DNA of 64,000 nucleotides. It comes from an uncultured Acidobacteriaceae bacterium (GTDB lineage: Bacteria; Acidobacteriota; Terriglobia; Acidiferrales; UBA7541). Of the stretch, positions 35,520 to 45,396 are shown in pieces. The position numbers and the translations under genes are program-made. Location: NCBI GenBank assembly GCA_964594885.1, contig CAZQOB010000016.1, positions 8,456 to 72,455 on the forward strand, given 5' to 3'. Each line of letters starts with the position of its first letter. Position 1 is the stretch's first letter. A model generated the notes under the pieces. It had not been told where the DNA came from. It saw nothing but the letters and a program-made list of their open reading frames with translations, and did not search any database.

Positions 35520-36551
35520 GTGACGACCGTATCTCGCGAAACTCTTACCGCGCTGCGCGCGCTCCCCAAGGCTGAACTTCATCTCCATCTCGAGGGCATG
35601 CTGCAGCCGCAGCGGGTAATGGCCTTGGCGCAAAAATATTCAGTTCCGACGGATTGGGACGAAGTCCGTTCCCGCTATGCCTTGCGTGGCTTCTCGCAGT
35701 TCCTCGAACTCTACAAATGGGCAACCTCCTTTCTGCGTGAAGCGGCAGACTACGCCGCGCTTGCCGAAGACGCGGCCGTCACCCTGCATGAGCAGGGGGT
35801 CGTATACGCAGAAATCACGCTGTCGGTCGGCGTCATGCTCCTGCGCAAACAAAACGTATCTGGCAACTTTTTTGCGCTTCGCAACGTGTTCCGCCGGCAC
35901 GCAGAAGCTGGGACCGGACCGCAAGTTCAATTCATTTTCGATGCGGTTCGCCAGTTCGGGGCGGAGCCGGCTTTGGAGGTCGCGCGTTTAGCGGCCAGCC
36001 TTCACAACGAGGGAGTAATTGCATTTGGACTTGGTGGGGACGAACTTTCTCTACCGTTGCAGGAATTTCGCAAAGCCTACCGCTTGGCCGCCGAGCACGG
36101 CCTGCACCTGGTAGCTCATGCAGGCGAAACAGGCGGCCCTGAACAAGTTCAAGACGCCATCGACATTCTTTGCGCAGAACGCATCGGGCACGGCATCGCC
36201 GCGATTCGCAGCTCTGCCGTAATGAATACGCTGGCGAACCGGCGAATTCCGCTGGAAGTCTGTCCCACGAGCAATCTGCTCACCAACGCTCTCGATATCC
36301 AGCTCAATACGACACACGCTAAACTGGAGAGGCATCCTCTACGCAAACTTTTCCGCCACGGCATACCGGTCACGATTTCCACCGACGATCCCGCCATGTT
36401 TCATACGTCTTTGCTGGAAGAAAACGCCGCCGTACTGCGAATGGGACTGGGCATCGCCGACCTCGTAGCCATCAATCGCAACGCTTTCGAATATGCCTTT
36501 CTGCCGGATGCCGAGCGAAAGACTTTTCTCGACCAATTTCCAGCCGCATAG
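35520..36551 (+). CDS. add: Adenosine deaminase
   Basis: PKAELHLHLEG, HAGE, RIGHG, LEVCPTSN, STDDP. Confidence 0.93.
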   Translation: MTTVSRETLTALRALPKAELHLHLEGMLQPQRVMALAQKYSVPTDWDEVRSRYALRGFSQFLELYKWATSFLREAADYAALAEDAAVTLHEQGVVYAEITLSVGVMLLRKQNVSGNFFALRNVFRRHAEAGTGPQVQFIFDAVRQFGAEPALEVARLAASLHNEGVIAFGLGGDELSLPLQEFRKAYRLAAEHGLHLVAHAGETGGPEQVQDAIDILCAERIGHGIAAIRSSAVMNTLANRRIPLEVCPTSNLLTNALDIQLNTTHAKLERHPLRKLFRHGIPVTISTDDPAMFHTSLLEENAAVLRMGLGIADLVAINRNAFEYAFLPDAERKTFLDQFPAA

Positions 36552-36812
36552 CTCGGCGCTTGATACCCTCGGATCTTCGTGCCTAAGGCCTTGGCCACCA
36601 ACATAGCCGTTGACAATCCTCGGTGGACGTAGCGTAGACTCACGCCAATTGATGGGTGCGGATCAACCGACGGCCCTTCCCCGTGCCGCTGTATCTAGTC
36701 GCCTTGCGTTCGCCCTGGTCCAGCGCCCGCCGAATGAGTCCCCAAACCTCCACAGGGCGAACCTGGCGCTCGGAAGGAAGAAGGTCGCCAGCATCAAAGA
36801 CTGGAGCTCCCT

Positions 36813-37640
36813 ATGGACACAGCGATTGGTATTTTTGCTTCGAGCGAACGTGCTGAAGAAGCGCTGTTGCGCCTCCTGAAGAATCAAATTCCCGAACACC
36901 GCGTCGTCTATCTCACGGGATCCCAGAAAGACGCAGAGCAGGTCAGCAAGCGGATGAGCGCCAGTGAATCTCTGGCGGCGGGCTCTCCCATGCACGCCGT
37001 GCAATCCGGATCGCTCATGCCGGGCCTGGGCCTGGTCTATGCCCTGGGAATTGGCGGCGGCAACACTGCGACTTCGGGGAATCCGAACGCGAATCCCTGG
37101 TCTTCCGAGGCCAGCCTTTTCTCGTCCCTGATGGGGACCGCTTCAGCGCAAGACAAGCAGTTTTTTCAGCAACTGCTGAACGAAGGACAGTCGGTCGTCA
37201 TCGTGCGCACCAATTCGCCCAGAGACGCGGTGACTGCCTGTCAGATTTTCGACGAGCTCGCCGCCCATATGAAACGGAGCGGATCGACGCGAACCAGCGT
37301 AATCTTCCGCCGGATCCCGGGAGGCGCTATGGCCGAATTCAGCGGCAAACTCACGCTGACCGACGGAAACGCCCTGCTGCGCGAATCGATCCAGAACTTT
37401 CTCAATTTTGGCTACAAACAGATTCTGCTCGATCTCGAGCGCCTCGAGTATGTTGACAGCGCGGGCCTCGGCGAACTGGTGCGATCTTATGCAACGGTGC
37501 AAGGCCACGGCGGGCGCCTCACAATCGTGAGACCGAGCCCAGGTGTTCTGCGCCTGATGCAGATCACCAAGCTCGACAAGGTGTTTAACATCGCCTCAGA
37601 CCAGGCAAGTGCTTTACGGGCGGAGCGGCACTCTGCTTAG
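36813..37640 (+). CDS. STAS-domain anti-anti-sigma factor fused to an N-terminal general-stress-like domain
   Basis: C-terminal ILLDLERLEYVDSAGLGELV...LMQITKLDKVF; N-terminal AIGIFASSERAEEAL. Confidence 0.85.
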   Translation: MDTAIGIFASSERAEEALLRLLKNQIPEHRVVYLTGSQKDAEQVSKRMSASESLAAGSPMHAVQSGSLMPGLGLVYALGIGGGNTATSGNPNANPWSSEASLFSSLMGTASAQDKQFFQQLLNEGQSVVIVRTNSPRDAVTACQIFDELAAHMKRSGSTRTSVIFRRIPGGAMAEFSGKLTLTDGNALLRESIQNFLNFGYKQILLDLERLEYVDSAGLGELVRSYATVQGHGGRLTIVRPSPGVLRLMQITKLDKVFNIASDQASALRAERHSA

Positions 37641-37654
37641 AGTTGCGGCCGGGA

Positions 37655-39262
37655 TCAATTTTTCGGGGCCAGAGTCCTAAAGGATGCGCACGGTTCGTTC
37701 GGGCCTGGCTTACCGCTCAGCAGTTCCGCGGCGATGCAAGCATAACCAGTTGCCAGCATGGAGCTCGCCGAGTTGGTCTCGTGGTAGTGATTTGGGACAC
37801 CTTGGGCCGAGCATTCATCCGGCGCTTCTTGCATGCCTTGTTCGCTAAATGACGGCGAGTGAAAATCGTAGCCGGGCACCAGGTAGCCCAGCTCTTCAGG
37901 CGACAAGCCAAAAACGAATTTGTACTTTGCGGTCATCAGCGGGCGCAGTGCCGGCTCCGCCGGTCTGCCGGTCGCAGCCGCAGGACAATCGGTCCGGCCA
38001 TGCGCCGCTACTCCGTAAAACACTTCGGGAAAGAGTTCGCCGGGCGTTGTGAGAATTTGCGCGTCGCCAAAACGGACCGAGTAGATTCGCGTCACTACTT
38101 GCAAACCCTGTGCACTATCCCACCCCGCCGGTTTTGCGAGCACACCTTTTTCGATCAGCGACGCGTATCCGGCATTGTCCATGGGCACGTGGAATTCGGC
38201 CTGCTTCAACTCAATCCCAGTCACAGCCGACCATTGACCATGTCCTAGCGCTTCAATCGCTGCCTTAGCCACGTCGCGTCCGATGGCTTCGGTCCGCGTA
38301 AACGTAAAACTGTCGGCTTTGCTCTGGGGATCCATCGGGAAGGATTTGCCGTCAAAGGTGATGCGGAGCTTGGCGGCACGCTGGTTGTCCCCTACGATTT
38401 CGACCGCTCCCAAGTCCCCAGAAACATAGACCGCGACACCACCGTATTCCTTCTCCAGAGCGTCGCGCAGGGCGCCTGGAAAATCCGACGTTAATATCGT
38501 GTTTTTGTCTTCCATTGATTCCGGGTGCGTATTCCAGTTCACCAGGGTCGCCACCACTTTTTTTGAATGTGATCCATCGCTAGCCAGGAATTGCATCACT
38601 CGCAGCTCTTGGTCAAAGAACTGCGGGGGTCGGCCACCCGTGCGCGTCTGCAGGTCGGCCAGTGAAGGCGATTGTTTCGGCGTGGTCGCGCCCAGTTTCA
38701 TTCGCACCGGAACGAGGTTGCTCGCTGCCAACCCGACGGCCTTGGCAATCTGGCGGTCTACGAATTCAAGATAGTCCCGATACTTGCCGTCGCTCTGTTG
38801 GCTCGCCCCCCAAAGTCCGATGGTGTCCGGCCCTTCGTGATTGTGCGTGCAGGTGAGCAGTACCTCCTGAATTCCAAGCGCAGGATCAAGCAGCGCTTTC
38901 GCATGCTGCAAGCCGAAATCGCCGCTGTCCTGCGAGTAACCGATCAAATCCAGAGAAACGATCGCAATTCTCTTGTCCCCGTACTCCAGAACCAGCGTTC
39001 TAGCCCACAGGTCATCGTGCATCCCAGTCGCCGGGCGGTCGTTTCCGAAGCCGGCTAGATAAATTGTGTGCTCCTTGTCGCCCCAGACACCGCTCGGCAG
39101 GATCGGTCCCTTCCAATCTGGATTTGGGCCAAACGGAGTAGTCTTCACTGCCGCAGCCCCTGCTTTGAGGGTAGCTACGGCAGTCAGCTTTGCGTTTTGC
39201 GTCGCCGCGGCGGCCGGCAACAGACTGAGGACCATCGAAATCGCGCTGCACGTTTTTCTCAT
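37655..39262 (-). CDS. Secreted neutral/alkaline ceramidase-like metallohydrolase
   Basis: Signal peptide; GMHDDLWARTLVL, CTHNHEGPDTIG, NWNTHPE, PGELFPE, GYLVP. Confidence 0.8.
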   Translation of the reverse strand: MRKTCSAISMVLSLLPAAAATQNAKLTAVATLKAGAAAVKTTPFGPNPDWKGPILPSGVWGDKEHTIYLAGFGNDRPATGMHDDLWARTLVLEYGDKRIAIVSLDLIGYSQDSGDFGLQHAKALLDPALGIQEVLLTCTHNHEGPDTIGLWGASQQSDGKYRDYLEFVDRQIAKAVGLAASNLVPVRMKLGATTPKQSPSLADLQTRTGGRPPQFFDQELRVMQFLASDGSHSKKVVATLVNWNTHPESMEDKNTILTSDFPGALRDALEKEYGGVAVYVSGDLGAVEIVGDNQRAAKLRITFDGKSFPMDPQSKADSFTFTRTEAIGRDVAKAAIEALGHGQWSAVTGIELKQAEFHVPMDNAGYASLIEKGVLAKPAGWDSAQGLQVVTRIYSVRFGDAQILTTPGELFPEVFYGVAAHGRTDCPAAATGRPAEPALRPLMTAKYKFVFGLSPEELGYLVPGYDFHSPSFSEQGMQEAPDECSAQGVPNHYHETNSASSMLATGYACIAAELLSGKPGPNEPCASFRTLAPKN

Positions 39263-39274
39263 CGGGCGCCCAAT

Positions 39275-40612
39275 CTAATAATGATTGAGTTCTGCGTCCA
39301 GCTCCAGAATGGTGCGATACAACACTTCGGCGCCATTGGCGATGTCCGGCGGCGCCGAATACTCCTTTGGCGAATGACTGATGCCATCGCGGCTGGGAAT
39401 AAAGATCATTCCCATCGGCGCCACGCGTGCGACTTCCTGAGCGTCCTGAACCGCTCCGCTGGGCAAGTCCAGTGTCGCCAAGCCAAGCGCCTGCGCCGAC
39501 TGGCGTATGACCTTCTGAATCCCTAGATCGCTGCGAGCAGGCTCGACGTTTTCAATCTGCTTGCACTGCGTGCCAACACGCTCTTCGGCGGCGATTTTTT
39601 CGATGGCCGACTGGATTTTCGTCCACATGCGATCGACCGTGGCCATTTCCAGGTCGCGCAGTTCCACAGGAAATTCCGTCCGCCCGGGTATCACGTTGAT
39701 TGCGCCCGGCTCCACTTTCATGTAGCCAACCGTTCCGACCTGCTGGCCAGTTTCGCTTCGCACGATTTCCCTCACGGCCAACACCATGCGAGAAGAGGCG
39801 GCCAGGGCGTCGCGCCGCCGATCCATCGGCGTCGTTCCGGCGTGATTCGCCATACCGGATGAAACGCACTGCCACCGCTTTAACCCGACAATTCCCTGCA
39901 CCACTCCGATCGGGATCTTTTCTGCGTCTAGCTTCGGCCCTTGCTCGATGTGCAATTCCACGTATGCGGCCAGCGAGCCTTTTGCAATTCGGGCGTCCGT
40001 CAGATGCGCAGGATCCTGGCCGTATTTTCGGAGCCAGTCGGCGAGCGTCAGCGTTTGGTCATCCTTGCGTTCCAGGACTTCAGGGCCGATATCTCCCGCA
40101 GCGATTCCCGAGCCCAGCGTGCCCACCCCAAAGTGATTGCCTTCTTCGTTGGTCCAGATCACCGCTTCCAGCGGGTGGCGTGTTTGGACGTCACGGTCTT
40201 TCAGCGACCTCATCACCTCGATCGCGCCCAGGCTGCCGACGTCTCCGTCGTAGTTTCCGCCGTGCAGCACTGAATCGATGTGCGACCCGAAAAGAATCGC
40301 CGGAAGTTTGTCCGAGCCTTCGCGGCGTCCGAAGATGTTCCCAGCGGGGTCGACGCGCACCTTGAGGCCGGCATCCTCCATCAGACCAATCACGTACCTT
40401 CGTGCGGCCATGTCCTCTTCAGAAAATCCCCAACGGGTGACGCCCCCGTCGGGATTGCGGCCAAATTCGCTGAGTTTTGCCAATGTCTCTTGGAGCCGCT
40501 CGGCTTTAATGTGCCTCCCGGTGGTGTTCTGCGCCACGCTGCCGGTCGCCAAAGCGCCAAGGAGTACGAGCGAGCCGCTACCTATGCCGATTTTACTTTT
40601 CGCTGACCTCAT
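39275..40612 (-). CDS. M20-family Zn hydrolase (allantoate / N-carbamoyl-amino acid amidohydrolase-like)
   Basis: GSHIDSV..GGNYDG, NEEG, ELHIEQGP, NHAGTTPM, GISHSPKE. Confidence 0.92.
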   Translation of the reverse strand: MRSAKSKIGIGSGSLVLLGALATGSVAQNTTGRHIKAERLQETLAKLSEFGRNPDGGVTRWGFSEEDMAARRYVIGLMEDAGLKVRVDPAGNIFGRREGSDKLPAILFGSHIDSVLHGGNYDGDVGSLGAIEVMRSLKDRDVQTRHPLEAVIWTNEEGNHFGVGTLGSGIAAGDIGPEVLERKDDQTLTLADWLRKYGQDPAHLTDARIAKGSLAAYVELHIEQGPKLDAEKIPIGVVQGIVGLKRWQCVSSGMANHAGTTPMDRRRDALAASSRMVLAVREIVRSETGQQVGTVGYMKVEPGAINVIPGRTEFPVELRDLEMATVDRMWTKIQSAIEKIAAEERVGTQCKQIENVEPARSDLGIQKVIRQSAQALGLATLDLPSGAVQDAQEVARVAPMGMIFIPSRDGISHSPKEYSAPPDIANGAEVLYRTILELDAELNHY

Positions 40613-40772
40613 TGGATGGCTCCTGAGCGGTGTTCCTTGGTCGAACCCAGGATCTTGAGCTACCCCACGGCCGAGAACTTGCGCGAATTCTATGGGAGTC
40701 GGCGGTAGTGGTCAACGAAATGAATCACCGGCAGCGCGAGGCAGCGCGGGAAAGACTGCTATAATTCTGGGC

Positions 40773-41015
40773 ATGAAGGCACACGTTTGGGTTATGCCGA
40801 AGCGTACGGTTCTTGATCCACAGGGCCAGACCATTCAGCACGCGCTTTCCGGGCTTGGTTATGGAGCCATCACGGACGTTCGCCAAGGCAAATTCTTTGT
40901 GTTGAACCTGGACGGCTGGACCCACGACGAAGCGCAAAAACAGTTGGAAAAAATCTCGAAAGACGTGCTGACCAACCCGGTGATCGAAGAATATCGCTTC
41001 GAGATCGTGGATTGA
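40773..41015 (+). CDS. purS: FGAM synthase subunit PurS
   Basis: VLDPQGQTI, VRQGK, LTNPVIEEY. Confidence 0.95.
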   Translation: MKAHVWVMPKRTVLDPQGQTIQHALSGLGYGAITDVRQGKFFVLNLDGWTHDEAQKQLEKISKDVLTNPVIEEYRFEIVD

Positions 41016-41120
41016 CGCGCCCAACACCACTCTATTCCAATCGAATCATTCCTTTTTTGATGAGTGCCGCCTTTCCCTCACATGCTACGCTTTTCATAGA
41101 CCTCGCAGGAGACTTCCCAG

Positions 41121-42995
41121 ATGTGCGGAATTGTGGGCTATATCGGCCCGAAAAAAGTCGTTCCCATAATCATTGAAGGGCTGCGCAAGCTGGAGTATCG
41201 CGGCTATGACTCCGCAGGCATCGCCGTGGTGGACTCAAACGGCAAGCTGGAGATTCGCCGCGCCTCGGGCAAGCTGCGCAACCTGGAAGAGGCGATGCAA
41301 AAATCTCCGATCGACGGTGCCTACGGAATTGGTCACACGCGCTGGGCTACGCATGGCCGACCAACCGAAGAGAACGCGCATCCGCACCGGGACTGCAGCG
41401 GTGAAATCGTAGTGGTGCACAACGGCATCATCGAAAACTATCTGGAATTGAAAGAGATGCTCCAGCGCGAAGGCCACAAGTTCGTTACTGAGACCGATAC
41501 CGAAATCGTTGCGCATTTGGTCGAGAAGAATCTGCATGGTGCCGACGGCAAGCTTCCTCTGGAAGAAACAGTACGCAAAGCGCTAACTCAGATTCGCGGA
41601 ATCTACGCGCTGGTTCTGCTCTCCACAAGCGATCCGGACAAGATCGTGGCTGCACGGCTCGGGCCTCCGGCCGTCATCGGACTCGGTGAGGGCGAGTACT
41701 TCGTGGCCAGCGACATTCCTGCCCTACTCGAGCACACGCGAAACATTTTCTTCCTCGCTGACGGCGACATCGCCGTGGTCACCAAGTCTGGGGTGCGCGT
41801 AATGGATCACGATGGCAAGCCCGTCGGGCGCAAGCCGCATTACGTCGCCTGGGATCCGATCATGGTGGAAAAGGGCGGCTACAAACATTTCATGCAAAAA
41901 GAAATTTTCGAGCAGCCCCGTGCCGTGCGGGACACGCTATTGGGCCGCATTTCTCAGGACACCGGAAAAATTTATCTCGGCGACATGCACATCACCGAGG
42001 AGCAGTTCCGCGAATTCAAGAATGTCCGCATTGTGGCGTGTGGCACGAGCTGGCACGCCGGGCTTGCCGGCAAGTTCATGATTGAGCGCTTGGCGCGCCT
42101 GCCGGTAGAAGTGGACTACGGCAGCGAGTTTCGCTATCGCGATCCCATCCTCGACGACAAGACGCTAACGGTTTGCGTCAGCCAGTCGGGCGAAACAGCC
42201 GACACGATCGCAGCACAGCGCGAGGCAAAGCAAAAAGGTTCGCCAACACTGGCGATCTGCAACGTCCTGGGATCGATGATCACGCGCGAAGCGGCTGGCT
42301 CGATTTTGACGCACGCCGGGCCCGAAATCGGCGTGGCTTCGACAAAAGCGTTCACGTCTCAGCTCACTGCGCTGTTTCTGCTCGCTGTGCATCTTGGGGA
42401 AGCACGCGGCGCGCTTTCGGCCGGCGCTGCAAAGAAGCTCCTGCAGGAACTCACCACCATCCCGCACAAGATCGAAACCATTCTGCAAGCAGATCACTCC
42501 GGATTTTACGAGTCGCTGGCGCGCCAGTTTTTCCGCTGTTCTGATTTTCTGTATCTCGGGCGGGGGATCCACTATCCGATCGCTTTGGAGGGCGCGCTAA
42601 AGCTGAAAGAGATTTCTTACATCCATGCCGAAGGTTACCCCGCAGGCGAGATGAAGCATGGGCCCAATGCCCTGATTGACGGAAATCTGCCGGTAGTGGT
42701 GCTGGCGACCCGAGACGACAACGACCCGGCCTCGGTGACGCTGTACGAGAAAAGCGTCTCCAATATCAAAGAGGTGAAAGCTCGCGACGGCATCGTGATA
42801 TCTATCGTCACGCAGAACGACCATCTGGCCCGCGAAACATCTGATCAACTGATCGAGCTCCCTCCGGCACCGGAACTGCTCGTGCCCCTTTTGGAGATCA
42901 TTCCGCTGCAGCTCCTGGCTTATCACATCGCTGTGCGCCGCGGCTGCGACGTGGACCAACCGCGCAATCTGGCCAAATCGGTCACAGTCGAGTAA
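41121..42995 (+). CDS. glmS: Glutamine-fructose-6-phosphate aminotransferase
   Basis: [27 protein letters not shown]-terminal [11 protein letters not shown]. Confidence 0.98.
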   Translation: MCGIVGYIGPKKVVPIIIEGLRKLEYRGYDSAGIAVVDSNGKLEIRRASGKLRNLEEAMQKSPIDGAYGIGHTRWATHGRPTEENAHPHRDCSGEIVVVHNGIIENYLELKEMLQREGHKFVTETDTEIVAHLVEKNLHGADGKLPLEETVRKALTQIRGIYALVLLSTSDPDKIVAARLGPPAVIGLGEGEYFVASDIPALLEHTRNIFFLADGDIAVVTKSGVRVMDHDGKPVGRKPHYVAWDPIMVEKGGYKHFMQKEIFEQPRAVRDTLLGRISQDTGKIYLGDMHITEEQFREFKNVRIVACGTSWHAGLAGKFMIERLARLPVEVDYGSEFRYRDPILDDKTLTVCVSQSGETADTIAAQREAKQKGSPTLAICNVLGSMITREAAGSILTHAGPEIGVASTKAFTSQLTALFLLAVHLGEARGALSAGAAKKLLQELTTIPHKIETILQADHSGFYESLARQFFRCSDFLYLGRGIHYPIALEGALKLKEISYIHAEGYPAGEMKHGPNALIDGNLPVVVLATRDDNDPASVTLYEKSVSNIKEVKARDGIVISIVTQNDHLARETSDQLIELPPAPELLVPLLEIIPLQLLAYHIAVRRGCDVDQPRNLAKSVTVE

Positions 42996-43005
42996 GAATA
43001 TTTGT

Positions 43006-44316
43006 ATGAAGCTCTCTCGTTCGGAATGGTGCGTGGCACTAGGGCTGGCGTTGTCGTTTTCATACGTTGCCCTCCCGCAGGCGCCTGGCGCAGGCACCGC
43101 GGCGCTGCGGGAGATTCATAGTGACGGCCAAAAGAATTTGAGCGAGGCACAGATTGCGGCGCTGACCGGACTGCAAACCGGCGCGCAGGTCGGACGTGAC
43201 GAGTTGCAAAAGGCAGCCGACGCCCTGGTGGCCAGCGGCCTCTTCGCAACCGTGAAGTACGACTTCAAGACTCGCAACGACGGCGTTACGCTGAATTTTC
43301 ATGTGACAGAGTCGCCGCGCCTGCCCGTGTACTACGACAACTTCCCTTGGTTTGGCGATTCAGAGCTGAACGATGCGATTCGCGCGAAGCTTCCTTTTTT
43401 TGACGGCACGCTGCCTGAGGGCGGCAACGTGGTGCAAGGCGCGGCAGATGGCATCCACGATTTGCTTGCTTCGCACAAACTGGACCTGCCAGTCCAGCAC
43501 CAGGTCATTGGCAATCCAGTAGCGGACGGGAATGTTCAGCAGTTCACGGTAGAAGGCGCCGAGCTCAAGATCGCCAGCCTAGAATTCTCTGATGCCAGCC
43601 TAGCTGCCAACCCAGCTGTCCAGCAACATCTTTCGGAGATCGTTGGCAAGCCGTATTCCCGCACCACGATTGATCTTTTTCTCTCCGAACAGATCCGGCC
43701 GATTTATCTGAAGCAGGGCTATCTGAAGACCAAACTCGGCCCGCCGGAAGTTCGCTTGAGCGGCCCGCCGACACCGCAACTTCCGGAGGCGATTCCGGTT
43801 CACGTTTCCGTTGTGACCGGAGATGTCTATCACTTCGCGGGCGCCGAGTGGACCGGCAACAATGTGCTCTCCTCTTTCACGCTCGCGAACTACTTTGCTT
43901 TGAAGCCGGGCGCGATTGCCGACGGCATGGAGCTAGAGGCGGCGCTGGACCGCCTGCGCGAAGAGTATGGCCGTCGCGGTTACCTCGACGCGACGGTTCA
44001 GCCAGAAGCGAGGTTCAACGACGCAGCGCACACCGTGGCGTACAAAATCGCGATTGCCGAGGGACAGCAGTACCACATGGGCGGCTGGGTCATCACCGGA
44101 CTGTCGCTAAACGGCGAGAGCCGGGTTCGCGCGCGCTTTCCGATTGCAGCAGGCGACATCTTCGACAAGATCAAATACGAGGATTTCTTGACGGCTTTGC
44201 AAAACCACCCGCCCGATGTTTTTGGCGAATTGCCGGTGCACTACGAAAACGTCGGGCACTATCTGCGCCCAAACGCAGAGAAACAAACTGTGGACGTACT
44301 GCTGGATTTCAAGTGA
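43006..44316 (+). CDS. Periplasmic POTRA-repeat protein without beta-barrel
   Basis: Signal peptide; repeated POTRA-like units (L..SGLF..V, Y..GYL, GN..LS); ends VDVLLDFK. Confidence 0.75.
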   Translation: MKLSRSEWCVALGLALSFSYVALPQAPGAGTAALREIHSDGQKNLSEAQIAALTGLQTGAQVGRDELQKAADALVASGLFATVKYDFKTRNDGVTLNFHVTESPRLPVYYDNFPWFGDSELNDAIRAKLPFFDGTLPEGGNVVQGAADGIHDLLASHKLDLPVQHQVIGNPVADGNVQQFTVEGAELKIASLEFSDASLAANPAVQQHLSEIVGKPYSRTTIDLFLSEQIRPIYLKQGYLKTKLGPPEVRLSGPPTPQLPEAIPVHVSVVTGDVYHFAGAEWTGNNVLSSFTLANYFALKPGAIADGMELEAALDRLREEYGRRGYLDATVQPEARFNDAAHTVAYKIAIAEGQQYHMGGWVITGLSLNGESRVRARFPIAAGDIFDKIKYEDFLTALQNHPPDVFGELPVHYENVGHYLRPNAEKQTVDVLLDFK

Positions 44317-44365
44317 AGTTGCGCCGTGACGGTCCGCATGGGCTCATGCGCTATACTCTTGCAAG

Positions 44366-45217
44366 ATGAGCGCGCTGGTCCAAATTCGCAACCAAGATCC
44401 TGACGTCGAGGCCGTACGCAACGAGGAGTCGCTACTGGCCCGCCTGGCTTCGCTCCCTTCCCTGCTCATTGCCGTGTCCGGCGGCGCGGATTCCGCCTAC
44501 CTGGCCTGGGCGGCTCATCAAGTATTGGGTGACAACGCGCTTTCGGTAACGGCGATTTCGCCGAGCTACTCCGCCTACGACCGGTCCGAACTGGAAGCCT
44601 TGCTCAAAAAGACCGGCGTCCGGCACGAATTCGTCGAGACCCATGAGCTTGATAACCCTGCCTACCGCGCCAACGCAGGCGATCGCTGCTATTACTGCAA
44701 AGATGAGCTGTTCACGGTGCTGGGCAAGCTGGCGCGCGAGCGCGGCTTCACGGCCGTGGCCTATGGCGTGAACGCCGATGACACCAGCGACTTCCGGCCA
44801 GGCCATCGCGCCGCTTCCGAACACAAGGTTCTGGCCCCGTTGCTCGACGCAGGCATGACCAAAGCCCACATCCGCGCGCTCTCGAAACGGGCAGGTCTCC
44901 CGACCTGGGACCGGCCGGCTTCAGCCTGCCTGTCGTCACGCTTGCCTTATGGAACCGAAGTGACGCCGGAGCGTCTGCAACTCGTGGAACATGGCGAGGC
45001 AATTCTCCGCGAACTGGGCTTCCGGCAGTTTCGCGTGCGCTTGCATGACAAATTGGCAAGAATCGAAATCGCCGCGGACGAAATGGCGCTAGCGATGAAG
45101 AGCGAGATTGCGGCGCAGATCGCGCAACGGTTCAAGTCGGCCGGATTCCTGTACGTCGCGTTGGATCTGGAGGGTTACCGCCAGGGCTCACTCAATGAGG
45201 CGCTCAAGGGCGGCTAA
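44366..45217 (+). CDS. larE: ATP-dependent sulfur transferase LarE
   Basis: PP-loop SGGADS, RCYYCK, DFRPG, ASACLSSRLPYG, DLEGYRQGSLN. Confidence 0.93.
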   Translation: MSALVQIRNQDPDVEAVRNEESLLARLASLPSLLIAVSGGADSAYLAWAAHQVLGDNALSVTAISPSYSAYDRSELEALLKKTGVRHEFVETHELDNPAYRANAGDRCYYCKDELFTVLGKLARERGFTAVAYGVNADDTSDFRPGHRAASEHKVLAPLLDAGMTKAHIRALSKRAGLPTWDRPASACLSSRLPYGTEVTPERLQLVEHGEAILRELGFRQFRVRLHDKLARIEIAADEMALAMKSEIAAQIAQRFKSAGFLYVALDLEGYRQGSLNEALKGG

Positions 45218-45396
45218 GGCTGCGTGCCGGCTTTGTGGGATGTATCGCGGGCCGGTCGAGTGGCATCACGGAACATCGGGCGTGATTTCTGCGTACTTCT
45301 AATTGAAAGCGCGGTTCTGTCTCAGCCGTTATTCGGACGCGGGAGTGACACCGCCACGGGCCTAGCGCGAAGTATTTCAAGAGCAATGGAGGCAAG

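Noticed and set aside
40773-41015. purS separated from purQ/purL as a novelty
   Set aside because: Dispersed purine genes are common; the protein looks ordinary.
41016-41120. glmS ribozyme upstream of glmS
   Set aside because: The gap is only about 105 bp and lacks the AGCGCC...GACGAGG core.
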